A DNA stretch of 64,000 bases from Mobula hypostoma (Eukaryota). The stretch covers positions 106,890,001-106,954,000 of the forward strand of contig NC_086107.1 of the NCBI RefSeq assembly GCF_963921235.1. Reading direction: 5' to 3'. Positions 24,539 to 37,245 of the stretch are shown piece by piece. The position numbers and the translations under genes were made by a program. A model generated the notes under the pieces. The model was not told where the DNA came from. It worked only from the letters and a program-made list of their open reading frames with translations, and searched no databases. The stretch's first letter is position 1. Each line of letters opens with the position of its first letter.

Positions 24539-26282
24539 TGGCATCAGTCCTCAAGTACAATACTAGTTCAGTAACGTTTCTCTCATGTTGCCACAACAGG
24601 AGTATCATTTTGTGCCCAAGCCTCTCGAGCGAACTCACACCCTTCCCAGTGAATGGCTCACGTTGAAGCCCCTTCACACGAAGGGTCCATTGAGGGCTCT
24701 CTGACCTGAATCATAGCTCTGCTTCTCTTCCACAGATGCAGCACGACCTGCTGAGAATTTCCACCATTTTCTATTTTTTAAAAAAAAATGTTAGGTTTCC
24801 AGCATCTGTGGTTGTTTTTATTTTCTCCCACAGCCTACTGACTCAGAGTGCAAACAAACGAGCTACAGTTGGCAGGTCCCAGCTCGTAACCAGGCTGCGT
24901 TACAGGTGGCAGATGATGCAGCAGCAGAAGGGTGCCACCCAGCCCATCGTGCCAGCACTGACCCTTTGAAAGACTTGTTCAATTGGTTCCACTTTCTATG
25001 CTGAGAGGGAAAATAAATCAGTTACAATTAATAGTGGGAGCAGTCTCTTACTAGCTCTTCTTTGAGTTAGTCCTGACAAAGGGTCTCGGCCCAAAACGTC
25101 GACTGTACCTCTTCCTAGAGATGCTGCCTGGCCTGCTGCGTTCACCAGCAACTTTTGTGTGTGTTGCAGCCTTGATGAGCTGAGTGGCCTAAATTCTGCT
25201 CCTGTGTCCTACAGTCTTAAGTGTGTTTCCCAGACCAAGGACCAGGGAGCAGAGGGGCTCCAACCTCTCCAAGGAGAGTGGACTGGTGGCTACTCACATG
25301 GGGTTCAATACCAACCATGTCTGCCCAATGAAAGATGGCAGCTCTCTCCTGTTACCGAGGGGAAGGATCTTCGTTGGTGCACATACTAGGCATTTTGTGA
25401 TTGGCTCAATTTGGCCCACTCCCACAAGGAGCTGATTAAAGCATCCAACCCATTATCAAGTGAGCTGTTTGTGGAAGCATCCTGTGTGAAAATTGGCTGC
25501 CACATATCCTACAGCACAATATTGGTTGCACTTCAGAAAATTCTTGGCTGGGATGGCATGTGATTGGCTGGAGGTGGGTGGTGTATGAAAGACACAATAT
25601 AAAGCCCGTCTCATTCCACTTGGCTGAATCTTAACTAATTTCTCTCTGCAGCAGCCTCTCAGCTTCTCAGTCGTGTCAAAAACTGCACCAATCTTCACTC
25701 CTCCTCTTTCTCGTCACTTTGAGCATATTCTTCTGTTGACTTGCTCCAGCCAAGGAGATGTCAGAACACCTTCTGGTTCTAACTCTATGTGCTCCCAATC
25801 ATCTTACAGTTGCATTCACAAACAGCACCACGGGTAACCATTTTATACCGCACAGCCTTAGCATTAGTCATTTCACCGGGATACGGTATCTATTTAGACC
25901 AGGGAACAATTTGTGTCCAGAGCGAAGGGGATTTTTGCCTTCCAGTAAGCACATGTGGGAGCCTGGAGGAGAAAGATCCTTTGGAGAACTATTCTGCTGC
26001 CTGTCAGAAGTAGGGTTTTCACACATAATGTGCGGAAAGTGCTTCCAGGCGTGATGGTAGAGGCAGATACCTCAGGGACTTTTCAGAAACTCTTCGGTAG
26101 ACATATAGATGAGAGAAAGATGGAGTGCTATGTGGGAGTGCAGGTGTAGCAGCCATTCATTGGTTTTCTACCTGCATTGTATTCTGCGTCGGTAACTAGT
26201 CACGTGAGTGAGGGCATGGTAAAAGGAAAGGGAATAAGTTACGTGTTCGTCCTTTGTTCTAGACAGTTTGGAGCTGGGGACT

Positions 26283-27298
26283 GACTTTATACTTTATTGT
26301 CGCCAGACAATTGATACTAGACCGTACAATCATCACAGCGATATTTGATTCTGCTCTTCATGCTCCTTGGAGTACAAATCGATAGTAAATGCTAAAAATT
26401 TAAATTATAAGTCATAAATAGAAAATAGGAAAGGGAAAGTAAGGTAGTGCAAAAAAACCGAGAGGCAGGTCCAGATATTTGGAGAGTACGGCCCAGATCC
26501 GGGTCAGGATCCGTTCAGCAGTCTTATCACAGTTGGAAAGAAGCTGATCCCAAATCTGGCCGTACGAGTCTTCAAGCTCCTGAGCCTTCTCCCGGAGGGA
26601 AGAGGGACGAAAAGTGTGTTGGCTGGGTGGGTCGTGTCCTTGATTATCCTTGCAGCACTGCTCCGACAGCATGCGGTGTAAAGTGAGTCCATGGACGGAA
26701 GATTGGTTTGTGTGATGTGCTGCGCTGTGTTCACGATCTTCTGCAGCTTCTTCTGGTCTTGGACAGGACAACTTCCATACCAGGTTGTGATGCACCCCAG
26801 AAGAATGCTTTCTACGGTGCATCTATAAAAATTAGTGAGGGTTTTATAGGACAGGCCAAATTTCCTTAGCTTCCTCAGGAAGTAAAGGCGCTGGTGGGCC
26901 TTCTTGGCAGTGAACTCTGCTTGGTTGGACCAAGTCAGATCATTTGTGATATTGACCCCGAGGAACCTAAAGCTTTTGACCTGTTCCACTAGCGCACCAC
27001 CGATGTAAATGGAGTCGTGTGGTCCGCTACTCCTTCTGAAGTCAGCAACCAATTCCTTCGTCTTGCTGACGTTAAGGAATAGGTTATTGTCTTCGCACTA
27101 TGCCACCAGGTTCTCTGTACTCAAACTCATCATTACCCGAGATACGGCCTACAATTGTTGTGTCATCAGCAAACTTATATATTGAGTTTGATGGAAACTT
27201 GGCTACACAATCACGGTGTAAAGTGAGTACAGCAGGGGGCTGAGTACACAGCCTTGTGGGGCACCGGTGCTCAGAGTGATTGTAGAGGAGAGTTTGAT
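26283..27298 (-). mobile_element. Young Rex/Babar-type LINE 3' portion (RT C-terminus)
   Basis: ORFs 27084-27323 (KFADDTTIVGRI) and 26504-27052 (FRFLGVNI...KKAHQRLYFLRKL...SFFPTVIRLLN). AATAAA followed by a short tail. Confidence 0.92.
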
Positions 27299-27404
27299 GG
27301 ATGACATATTTTTTGTTGACCACTTAATTTAACCCGAATTTAGCTTAGGTTATACTGCCTCAAGACTGTATGTTTTACTAGTTGCTAATAAAGGATCGAG
27401 TATG

Positions 27405-27880
27405 TATGGGGTGTATGGGGTGTCCAGGGAGGGGCAGCAGCTCTGGTGGCAGGCTTGCCCAGGGGCAGCTTGTCACCTTTGGTCCCCACCTGCCACTCAG
27501 CTCTCACCTGTCTGCACGCGGTAGCCGCCACACCCCGGTACGCCACTTCGACAGGCAGGCTAAACCAGGTGAGAGTAGCCGGGAACCTCCAACCCCAGTG
27601 AGATAGGGCCTCGCCAGCCCCAGCAGGCGAAGCCAGTTCCGGCGGACTGGGCGGATGAGATCCAACGGCCGAGAAGCCGGTTCTGCAACACTGCGTGGAG
27701 CACGAATGGCGTAATGAGGCACTGAAGGCATCGTGGCTATCCACTGCAGCCAAGCAATCTCCAGTCCTGACGATTTTTCGTAGCATGGACCAAGATTTTT
27801 GAGGCTAACTGCCCCAGTGCAATGGCTTTTTTCACTATAAAACTCCTCCCGCACAAGTTACGTTGTCGTCGGAGACAAAG
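27405..27880 (+). mobile_element. RTE-like short element, family A (second copy 32095-32450)
   Basis: Two similar copies. 5' end folds as an HDV-like ribozyme (see findings). Confidence 0.65.
27417..27575 (+). ncRNA. HDV-like ribozyme fold, probably inactivated by an internal deletion
   Basis: P1 GGGGTGT (27417-23) / ACACCCC (27530-36), then GG. P2 CTCTCACCTG (27501-10) / CAGGTGAGAG (27566-75). J4/2 gCTAAac. Confidence 0.65.
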
Positions 27881-27889
27881 GACAACCAA

Positions 27890-28120
27890 TACACAATAAA
27901 GGCTCGAGTGCAGTTTGGGTTTGGGTATTTGATCCTCCACAGTATTCCGCGTGGGAATTTAAACTGGAGGTGGCAGTGTTTTTTTACACGAAGTTGAGTT
28001 GCGAGCTCGACATCAACCCGGCACGGATGGAGAGCGCGCTCGGGAGCGGTCTGTCACTGGATCGAACTCGGGAATCTCCGTTCTCGAGCCTGGCGCTGAT
28101 CTCACTGCGCCACCAGCCGA
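27890..28120 (-). mobile_element. Young tRNA-derived SINE
   Basis: Reverse strand: ggctggTGGCGCAGTGAGatcagc... and GAGTTCGATCC (A and B boxes). CpGs retained. Confidence 0.75.
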
Positions 28121-28419
28121 CCTAGGGTAAGTTCCCAGACAAAGGGTAAGTTCCTCGACTTCTGGAACTTTATTATTGGGGTGATCGGAGGGCGCGTCAG
28201 ACAAGTATAACAACCCGTGAGGGCCTGTACTGTTCTATATTCTGTGTCCCATCCATAATTATTTATCACATGTACATATGTGAGATGTGAAATGTATTGT
28301 TTGCAATAACAGCTGAGTATGTGCCGAAAGTGTTGTCACACGTCCTGGCGCCAACATAGCGTGCCCACAATGCTTGGCAGAGCAAAACAAGACATACCAA
28401 GCAACAAATCAACAGCACG

Positions 28420-29465
28420 ATCCAGAATCAGAATCAGGTTTAAGGTCACTGGCATACTGTATGTCGTGAAGTTTGTTGTTTTGTGGCAGCGGTCTATTGC
28501 AATACACGGTAATAAAAACTATGAGTTACAGTAAGAAGTATATAAAAACAAATTAAATTAAATAAACAGTCTAAAAAGAGAGGTAAAAATAGTGAGGTTG
28601 TAATCATGGGATCATTGACCATTCAGAAATCTGATGGTGGAGGGGAAGAAGCTTTTCCTGAAACATTAAGTGTGTGTCTTCAAGCTCCTGTACCTCCTCT
28701 TAGATAGATAGGTAGATAGATACTTTATTGATCCCAAAGGAAATTCCAGTGTCGCAGTAGCATTACAAGGGCACAGATGTATAAACATACAAATATAAAT
28801 ATGAGAAGAGAAATAAAAGGGTATATCCTGGGCGATGGGGGTCCTTAATGACGGATGCCCCCTTCTCGAGACATCGCCATTTGAAGATGTGCTGGGTGCC
28901 GGGGAGGCTGGTGCCCATGATGGAGCTGGCCGAGTTTACAACTTTCTGCAACTTTTTTCCCAACCCTGTGCAGTCTCCCTCCCCGCCCCCATATCAGACG
29001 ACGATGCAACCAGTCAGAATGCTCTCCACGGTGCACCGGCAGAAACTTGCGAGTGTCTGGTGACACACCAATTCTCATCAAACTCCTAATGAAATATAAC
29101 TGCTGTTCGTGCCTCCTTTGTAATTGCATCAATATGTTGGGCCCAGGATAGACCCTCAGAGATGTTGACACCCAGGGACTTGAAACTGCCCACCCTCTCC
29201 ACTGCTGACCCCTCGATGAGGTTTGGTGTGTGTTCCCTGGACTCCCCCTTCCTGAAATCCACACTCGATTCCTTGGTCTCACTGACGTTGAGTGAAAGAT
29301 TGTTGATGCGACACCACTCAACCAGCTGATCTATCTCGCCCCTGTACGCCTCCTTGTCACTATCTGAAATTCTCCCACCGATAGTTAGGTCTTCAGTAAA
29401 TTTATAGATGGCATTTGAGCCTAGCCACACCATCGTGGGTGTACAGAGAGCAGAGCAGTAATTCT
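28420..29465 (-). mobile_element. Rex/Babar-type LINE fragment(s)
   Basis: ORF 29086-29478: IYKFTEDLTIGGRI...WCRINNLSLNVSETKE...FKSLGVNI. (TGATTC)n tail. Confidence 0.85.
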
Positions 29466-29594
29466 CCCTCCTTCCCACCCATTCACCTACGTCTATGTGC
29501 AGTTCTCTGACCCCAGGTTCTATGTTCTAGTTACACATGTCCTCGCTTCCTTCAGCTCTTAAGCTTTTAACATCCCGGAAACATCTTCGTTTTA

Positions 29595-29985
29595 AACATG
29601 AGAAAGTCTGCAGAGGCTGTAAATCCAAAGCAGCACATGAAACTCTAGGGGAAACCAGCAGTTCAGGCAGCATCTATGGAAGAGAGTAAACAGTCGATGT
29701 TTCAGGCTGAGACCCTTCATCAGCACTGAGAAGGGGGGCGGGGAGATGCAAGAATAAAAAGGTGGGGGGTGGGGTTGGAGGCTAGCTGGCAGGTGATAGG
29801 TGAAGCCAGGTAGGAGAGAAAGGTCAAGGGCTGGAGAAGAAGGAACGTGATAGGAGAGGAGAGTGGACAATAGGAGAATGGGAAGGAGGAGGGGACCCAG
29901 GGGGAAGTTATAGGCAGGCGAGAAGAAATATAAGATCAGGGATTATGGGGTGGGGGCGGATTTTGTTCACTGGAAGGAGACAATA
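29595..29985 (-). mobile_element. PLE 3' end with hammerhead motif (29691-29728)
   Basis: Reverse strand: cagtg CTGATGA agggtctcagcct GAAA caTC gactg. Confidence 0.75.
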
Positions 29986-30594
29986 TGCGCTCCCTTAATT
30001 TTTGACCCTTTGCTCATCCCCATTTTCTGTAGCTTGCCATGAGCAGTTAGTCTTAGGAACATAGGAACAGGCCCTTTGGCCGATCCTGTCTGTGCTGACC
30101 CTCTACACTGACTCCATTCGCCCGCATTAGTATTGTGCTATTTTATGCCTTCCTAGCCCTAAAAAATCCCTCTTAAATGTATTTATCGTGTCGGATTCCA
30201 CCACCGCAGCATCTGGCAATGCAATCCAGATATTGAACTCTCTCAGAGTAAAAAAACTTACCCATTAGTTCCCGTTTAAAACTCCTGCCTTGAACCCCAG
30301 CTGTGCGGCTTTTGATTTAGCTACCACGAGAGAAAAGCGATTGATTATCCCCTCTATATTTGCCTCTCACTGAACTCTGAACCTCTCCAGTTTTAAGTCC
30401 AAACTCTTAAAGGTGAAACTCTGCTCCTCTAAGTCGGCCTTTAGAGCCTCCTTCCCTCAGCCAGGCTTCTGGCCACCCTCCCATGGTCTTGTTGTGGGAG
30501 GAGGATCGGGTTGCCACTTCAGTGGCCTGGCAAGGGAATCCAGACTGGCACTCCAATGCAGTACTGAGAGAGTGCCACACTGTTAGACGTGGCA

Positions 30595-31170
30595 TTGTTA
30601 TACCCAGGGTGGTAATGGGGACGAGCTCCCACCACCTATTGAATAGTCCCAATGGTGTGCACCTCAAACAGCCTCAGACAACCAAGTCCAGCTCCTGGAC
30701 TTCACGTGTGGCTTAGCTACTAAGCCTGGCTGAACCGTTTCTACTGACAGGAGAAGGGGCAAAGGCGGCTTACTGGCACCTCAAAACCAGTCACTTCAGC
30801 CTGATGCCAGACACGGTTGGCAGCTCATCTAGGGGAAGGATAACTCTGATCTCAAACCTCTGCTGCCTTGTGCATGTACCCACTCGTGGGGAAGGTAACA
30901 CCCGAGGGAAAAATCCGGAACAGGAGTCCCTAAGGCAGTCCTGCTTTGAGTTCAAACCTGACTGGCAGCTCCTGGTGCCAAACTGTATCGGTTTCTGCCG
31001 TTCATTTGGGTTCTTCAGAAGCATGGAGAGGGGGAGCCTGCAGCACGGGCAACAGCTTGGTCTCCATATCGTACTACCCTGGCCTGAGTATCCAGACAGC
31101 GAGGTGCAACGTCCATCGATCAGGGTTCCATGGTTGACCTTGATCGACAGAGGCCTCATCGTCATGTCGT
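30595..31170 (+). mobile_element. RTE-like short element, family B (second copy on - at 41320-42100)
   Basis: Two similar copies in opposite orientation, with an HDV-like 5' fold candidate. Confidence 0.7.
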
Positions 31171-32449
31171 TCAGAGCAAGTGTTAATCTAAGGCTCTCTC
31201 AGGCACTTTTCCCATTATTTTACAGAAAACTGGGACATTCTCCCTTGTATACGGGACTCGTAGCATTTAGATCAAAGAACATAGAATTTAGAACATAGAG
31301 CAATACAGCACAGGAATAGGCCCTTTGACACACAGTGTTATACAAACTAATTAAACTAGTAATTAAACGCCTAACTAAACTAATCCCAATGTTCTTGTCT
31401 CTACATTCTCTGCATATTCCTACCCGAATCAGAATCAGAATCGGGTTTAATATCACCGGCATGCGTCCTGAAACTTATTGTGATGCGCAGTTGTACAACA
31501 CAATTCATAATAATAAACATTGTGAATGATAGTAAGTAATAAAAAAGTTAAATTCAATAAGTAGCACAAAAAACGTAGTGAAGTGGCGTTAATGGGTTCA
31601 ATGTCCATTCAGAACACTCCTTCTACTACCCATTGTGCTTTCCCCTGTTCCTTCTTCACCTTTCCTGCCTATCTGTCCAATTTATTCTTAAACGTTAAAA
31701 AAAAAATCCTGTGCAGTAGCTCCCCACCCCCATATCAGATGGTGATGCAGCCAGTTAGAATGCTCTCCACAGTACAACTGTTGAAATTTGTGAGTGTCTT
31801 TGGTGACGTAACAAATCTCCTCAAACTCCAAATGAAATATAGCCACACTCACAACACGCTGGAGGAACTCAGCAGGTCGGGCAGCATCCGTTGACGTTTT
31901 GGGCCGAAACCCTTCGTCAGGACTGAAGAGGGAAGGGGCGGAGGCTCTATAAAGAAGGTGGGGGGAGGGTGGGAAGGAGAAGGCTGGTAGGTTCCAGGTG
32001 AAAAAGTATTATTTCCATACAAGTATGTTTTTCTCTGAGGTGAAAAAGTTTCTCTGAGGTGAAAAGTAAGTTTTTCTCTCAGGTGCAGGGTAAATGGGGC
32101 ATATGTGACGTCTAGGGAGGGGTAACACCTCTGGCGAGGGCTTGTTGTGTCCATTCTGGGGCATCTCACTCACCAGTGGCTCCAAGTAGCTGTTTGCATG
32201 GGACAGCAGCCACACCTTGGTACACAGTGGGCTGAACCAGGTGAGGGAGGCCGGAGGCCTCATATCCCCGTGAGGTAGCTATATGCCTGTCCTAGCATGT
32301 GAAGTCAGCTCTGGTGGATTGGGCTGATGAGATCAGCAGTGAGACCCAATGCCAGGAAGGTGGTTCTGCAATGCTCTGTGGAAGATCAATGATATGACAA
32401 GGATCAGAAGGAGTCATGGCCATCCACTGCAACCACGGAAGACCCCAGT

Positions 32450-32875
32450 GTATCCTGGAATGCAGGGGTTAACAGATGAGGAGCTTTTGGCAGCTTTGGG
32501 CCTGTACGCACTGGAATTTAGAAGAATGCGTGGGGATCTCACCGAAACCTGCTGAGTGTTGATAGGGAGGATGTAGAGAGGATGTCTCCTATGGTTTGGG
32601 TGTTCAGAACTAGAGGGCACAGCCTCAAAGTTGAGGGGCGACCCTTTAGAACAGAGTTAAGGAGGATCTTTTTTTTAGCCAGATAGTGGAATGTTCTGCC
32701 ACACAGACAACGGTGGAGGCCGTATATTTAAAGTGAAAATTGGTAGTTTCCTGATTGGTCAGGGCATCAAAAGTTATGGCGAGAAGACAGGAGTGGGATC
32801 CAGGATCAGCCATGATGGGATGGCAGAGCAGATTCGATGGGCTGAAGGGCCTAATTCTAATTCTGTGTTTTAAGG
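32450..32875 (+). mobile_element. CR1 3' fragment
   Basis: LGLYALEFRRMRGDL followed by the CR1 tail. Confidence 0.85.
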
Positions 32876-35275
32876 ACTACTTGTACCACTGGGCCCGGAC
32901 TTCCGAAGTCAAGAGAGTGGAATTGCCCCAGAGCAACGGTTTAACCTCTTTAAAAACTCTCTCGCACAGGTCTCCGGTCACTGTTGGATAGGATGGACAA
33001 CCAACAGCAGCCCAAATATTTAGCTCGACCATTGCTGCTGGATTGTGTTTTGATATTTCACCCCATTAACAAGCTGGCTGTTGTCACAGAATTACTTGAT
33101 CAAAGTTATTTGCATCTTAAGAATCGACATCTAGGAGAGATGCCAAGGAAACCTTGGAGGCTTTTAGAAACCAGAGGAGACCGTGACGAGAGACCTAGGC
33201 GTGGATGGTAAGGACCCCAAGTGCTGGAGTATCTGAGGCTAGAATCAAGCCACAATTTTGGGACCGAGACGAGAACAGGGTGCTAGACGTCAACCTGACG
33301 AGACTAGACGAGAACCTGAATGGGACCGAAATCCTAAACGCAATCGCAGACTGAACCAAAGCTCAGCTGACAATTGAGCCCCAAAACTGAGTTCAGGTGC
33401 TCCTTAAATATCCAAATCTTGGTGCCAAAACATGGCCGCCAATTAGCGTTGCGGGCCAGAATCTTTAAAGGGACCACGCTGGCTATCCGTACTCCGGAGA
33501 ATCAGAGTCTAAACCTCGAGGTGGCATGGTGGGGTGTGTACCGTAACGGAGATAATCCCCTCCCTCAATTCCCATCAACCATCACTTTTCCTCTCAGTGT
33601 TGAAGAGAAAGATGTAAGAGACCCCGAATGACTGAGAGACATATCCCAGGGTCTTCAACAAAATAAATATTCTTGTTCATAAAGCCTTTCAAATGATTTT
33701 TAAAAAAATACTGAAAGGAGAGTTGGGTTATAAATAGCCTGAAGCCAAGGCCATAGGTTGATTTTATTTTTTGTCTTTCAATTCCTTTGCTGTGTCACAG
33801 AACAAAGCAATATACTGTACAGCATCTGGTGTGCGGCAGGGAGCCTGTGTCACTGGCTCGGTGTTAAACAGCAGTCTCGTGTTTAAAGCGAATGCCCCAT
33901 TGCGTTTCTCTTTATCAGTGTTAACCTCAAACCCTGAACTGGAGGGAGACCCTGCGGTCAAACCATGTGGTGGCAGTTCACCGAGGCAGTGAGCAACGGA
34001 GAGCTTGGGACGAGGGGGTCAGCTGCGTGTCTGCCCTGTCTTCATTGCTGATGCTGGCCATTAGCTCCCAGATTTTTAACATCCTCAGGTGTGGGCTGAG
34101 GCTCGGGGGTTTATACTCTTTAGCCTCCCCGGCATTAGGCTGTGGATTTGAGTTCAATTCTCAAAGGCAAATGTCAGTGATCACCACTTCCCACACAGTA
34201 CTCATCATCATCATTATGTGCCGTATTGTATGACATCATCATTATGTGCCGTGTCGTATAACGTGGGCGATCGTGGTCTTTCATGGTCTTATAAGGCTTG
34301 ATCAAATAGTTACTTGGTGTATTGGGTTAGAGTAAAACAATAATAATGCAGATCGTCATTGTTATGTGTCGTGTTGTATGACATCATCATTCTGTGTTGT
34401 ATTGTATGACATCATCATTCTGTGCCGTATTGTATGACATCATCATTATGTACTGTGTTGTATGATTGGGCAATCATGGTCTTTCCATCACCATGATTTT
34501 TCTACAGAAGTGGTTTGCCATTGCCTTCTTCTGGGCAGTGTCTTTACAAGACAGGTGACCTTGGCCATTATCAATACTCTTCAGAGATTGTCTGCCTGGC
34601 GTCAGTGGTCACATAACCAGGACTTGTGATATGCACCAGCTGCTCATACGACCATCCACCACCTGCTCCCATGACTTCACATGACCCTGATCGGGTGGGG
34701 TGGGGGGCAAAGCAGGTTGTTTATTGGTGGGTCTTCAGGTGGCTGTAGAGGCTGATCGAGGATCCACATCTGGAAGCACAGTTCCAATTCCGTATTCAGT
34801 TTTGCTGATGACATCACTGTTGTAGTCGAAATCAAAGGTGGTGATGAATCAGCTTATAGGAGGGAGATTGAAAATCTCACTGAACAGCGCCAGAACAACA
34901 ACCTCTCACTCAATGTCAGCAAGACCAAGGAGCTGATTATTGAGTTCAGGAGGAGGAAACCAGGAACAAAATTGGTATGGAAACAGCAACAAAGAACCTA
35001 GAGTAAATGGTCACAGTCCGCCCCCCCCCTCCCCCGCCCCACAGCACCCCACTAGGGCACAGGGCATTTAAAACCAGAGGGCATGGATTTAAGGACGGAG
35101 GAGATAATTTAAAGGAGATGTGAGGGGCAACTCCTCCATGGAGAATGTGGTGTGTCTGTGGATCAAGCTGCCAGGGGCAGGGGCCGGGGCCGGAAAGTGG
35201 TAGGGGGTGGGACAGCTACAGTTACAATGTTTAAAAGGCGATGAGATGGATACCTGGACAGGAAAGATCTAGAAC

Positions 35276-35346
35276 AGAGGTTCCCAACCTTTATTATGCC
35301 ATGGACCCCCTACCATCAACCGAAGGGGTCAGTTTGGGAGCCCCTG
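35276..35346. mobile_element. hAT (Charlie-type) micro-MITE; related copy at 51601-51680
   Basis: Termini cagaggttcccaacc / tttgggagcccctg. Flanks atctagaa / gtttagag resemble the NTCTAGAN target. Confidence 0.55.
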
Positions 35347-35493
35347 GTTTAGAGGGATGAGGGCCGAACATGGGTAAATTGGACTAGCTCAGGTAGACAG
35401 CACAGAAGAGATGGGCTGAAGGGCAGGTTTCTATGCTGTATAGCTCTTTGTCTCTGTGATGCCTGTGGTGGGAGGAAGTGGTGGGGGGTGATC

Positions 35494-35546
<53 letters not shown>

Positions 35547-35764
35547 CACAGGCAGATGGTGCAAACTTTGCGCAGACAGCTCCTGAGGCCAGGATTGAAT
35601 CGAGGTCGTCGGAGCTGCCGGGCAGGGGCTCTGCCAGCTGCAACTACTGTGTCACTCCAACACTCAATGAACCAATTAAATGCAGCAAATTGCCCAAGAG
35701 TCCGGAATGGGAGTGGAGTGATGTGGCTGGGAAAGGTTACAGAGATTAAACATTAAAGGTCAGC

Positions 35765-36180
35765 TCCCATCCCATCGGGCACATTTATCAGGAGCGCTGT
35801 GTACGCAGGGCCCTTAATATTATCAAGGATCCCACCCATCCATCCAGCATCCTCTTTGACTTTCTACCATCAGGCAGGAGACTCCGATGCATAAAAACAA
35901 GAATGGTCAGGATGGGAAACAGCTTCTTCCTCCAGACCGTTAGGGTTCTGAACTCCCTGCGGCATCCCATTTGAAGTGTCTCTGGATAATTTGTATTGAA
36001 CCCTCCAATATTCAATCACTTTACTTTGTTTATTGTTGCATAATTCATTTGTAGATTTAATTCTTACTTTCCCAAGTTATTGTGTTATGTGTTCTGCTGT
36101 GCTCTACACCCTGGTCTGGAGAAATGTTGTCTCGTTTGACAGTATACAGTTAAATGACATTAAACTTGATTTGACTTGAC
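35765..36180 (+). mobile_element. Rex/Babar LINE 3' end
   Basis: IIKDPTHPSS.LF..LPSGRR coding remnant followed by a (ACTTG)n tail. Confidence 0.8.
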
Positions 36181-36764
36181 GTATTTGTTACATGTACATA
36201 GAAACATCAAAACATGCAGTGAAACGCACCCTTCCGCAGCAATGTGGCATGCCCACAGTCTACTAACCCTTACTGTGTGTCTTTGGAATGTGGGAGGAAA
36301 CCGCGGCACCCAGGAGAAACCCACTTAGCTACGGGGAGAAGGTATGAATTCCTTATGGACAGCGGTGGGAATTGAACCCTGATCGCCAACTCCGTAAAGC
36401 GTTATGCAAGAGAAGCCGGGGACGGGAGGGGAGTTCCCATGGTCCTGAAAGTGATGTGGAGAGCACTAACGTTCAGTTGTTAATCATTTGAGAGCCTGGG
36501 TAGGTTGTTACGTCCTGTAATGTCAAGGCATTAAATGAATTCAACAGAAGACAAGGAAATCTAAAATGCGGGTCTCAGTTCAAACTTACTTTAAGTGAGG
36601 TGCACAGGTATCACGTGCTAAGGTGATGATGTAAGCAATTCCTGTATTTATACATATAACAGGCAATGAATAATTTAAATGAACAAGAATGCTTAATCAG
36701 CTACATATATACCATTATATGACCCTGAGATTTGTCTGCTTACAGGCAGCCACAAAGCAGAAAA

Positions 36765-37245
36765 CCCATTGGAGAGGGTACAGAGAAGATTCACGAGAGT
36801 GATTCCAGGAATGAAAGGGTTACCGTACGAGGAACGTCTGGCAGCGCTTGGGCTGTATTCCCTGGAGTTCAGGAGAATGAGAGGGGGATCTTGTAGAAGC
36901 ATTCTGAATGTTAAAAGGCCTAAACAGATTAGATATGGAAAGTTATTTCCCATGGTAGGGGAGTCTAGGACAAGAGGTCACAACTTCAGGATTGAAGAAC
37001 GTCCATTTCGAACAGACATACAGAGAAATTTCTTTTGCCCGAGTGGCTGTGGAGGCCAAGTCATTGGGTACAGTTAAAGCAGAGATAGGTGGGTTCTTGA
37101 TTAGCCAGGGCATCAAAGGGTATGGGGAAAAGGCTGGGGAGCGGGGATGACTAGGAGAATTGGATCAGCCCATGATTGAATGGTGGAGCAGACTCGATGG
37201 GCTGAATGGCCTACTTCTGCTCCTATATGTTATGGTCTTATGGTC
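36765..37245 (+). mobile_element. CR1 3' fragment
   Basis: ORF 36769-37077: ERVQRRFTRVIPGMKGLPYEERL. Confidence 0.9.

Noticed and set aside
25822..25842. REST/RE1-like cagcaccacgg
   Set aside because: The right half-site GGACAG is absent.
27990..28120. Possible tRNA gene
   Set aside because: A and B boxes are present but I found no complete cloverleaf, and the sequence continues into a SINE body.
30595..30695. Twister ribozyme reading of the family B 5' end (TAA...CAAGC...GAGTC)
   Set aside because: L4/T1 residues are inconsistent between the two copies. The HDV-like assignment fits better.
34200..34470. CRISPR-like appearance of short repeats
   Set aside because: Head-to-tail units without unique spacers, no cas genes, and a eukaryotic context.
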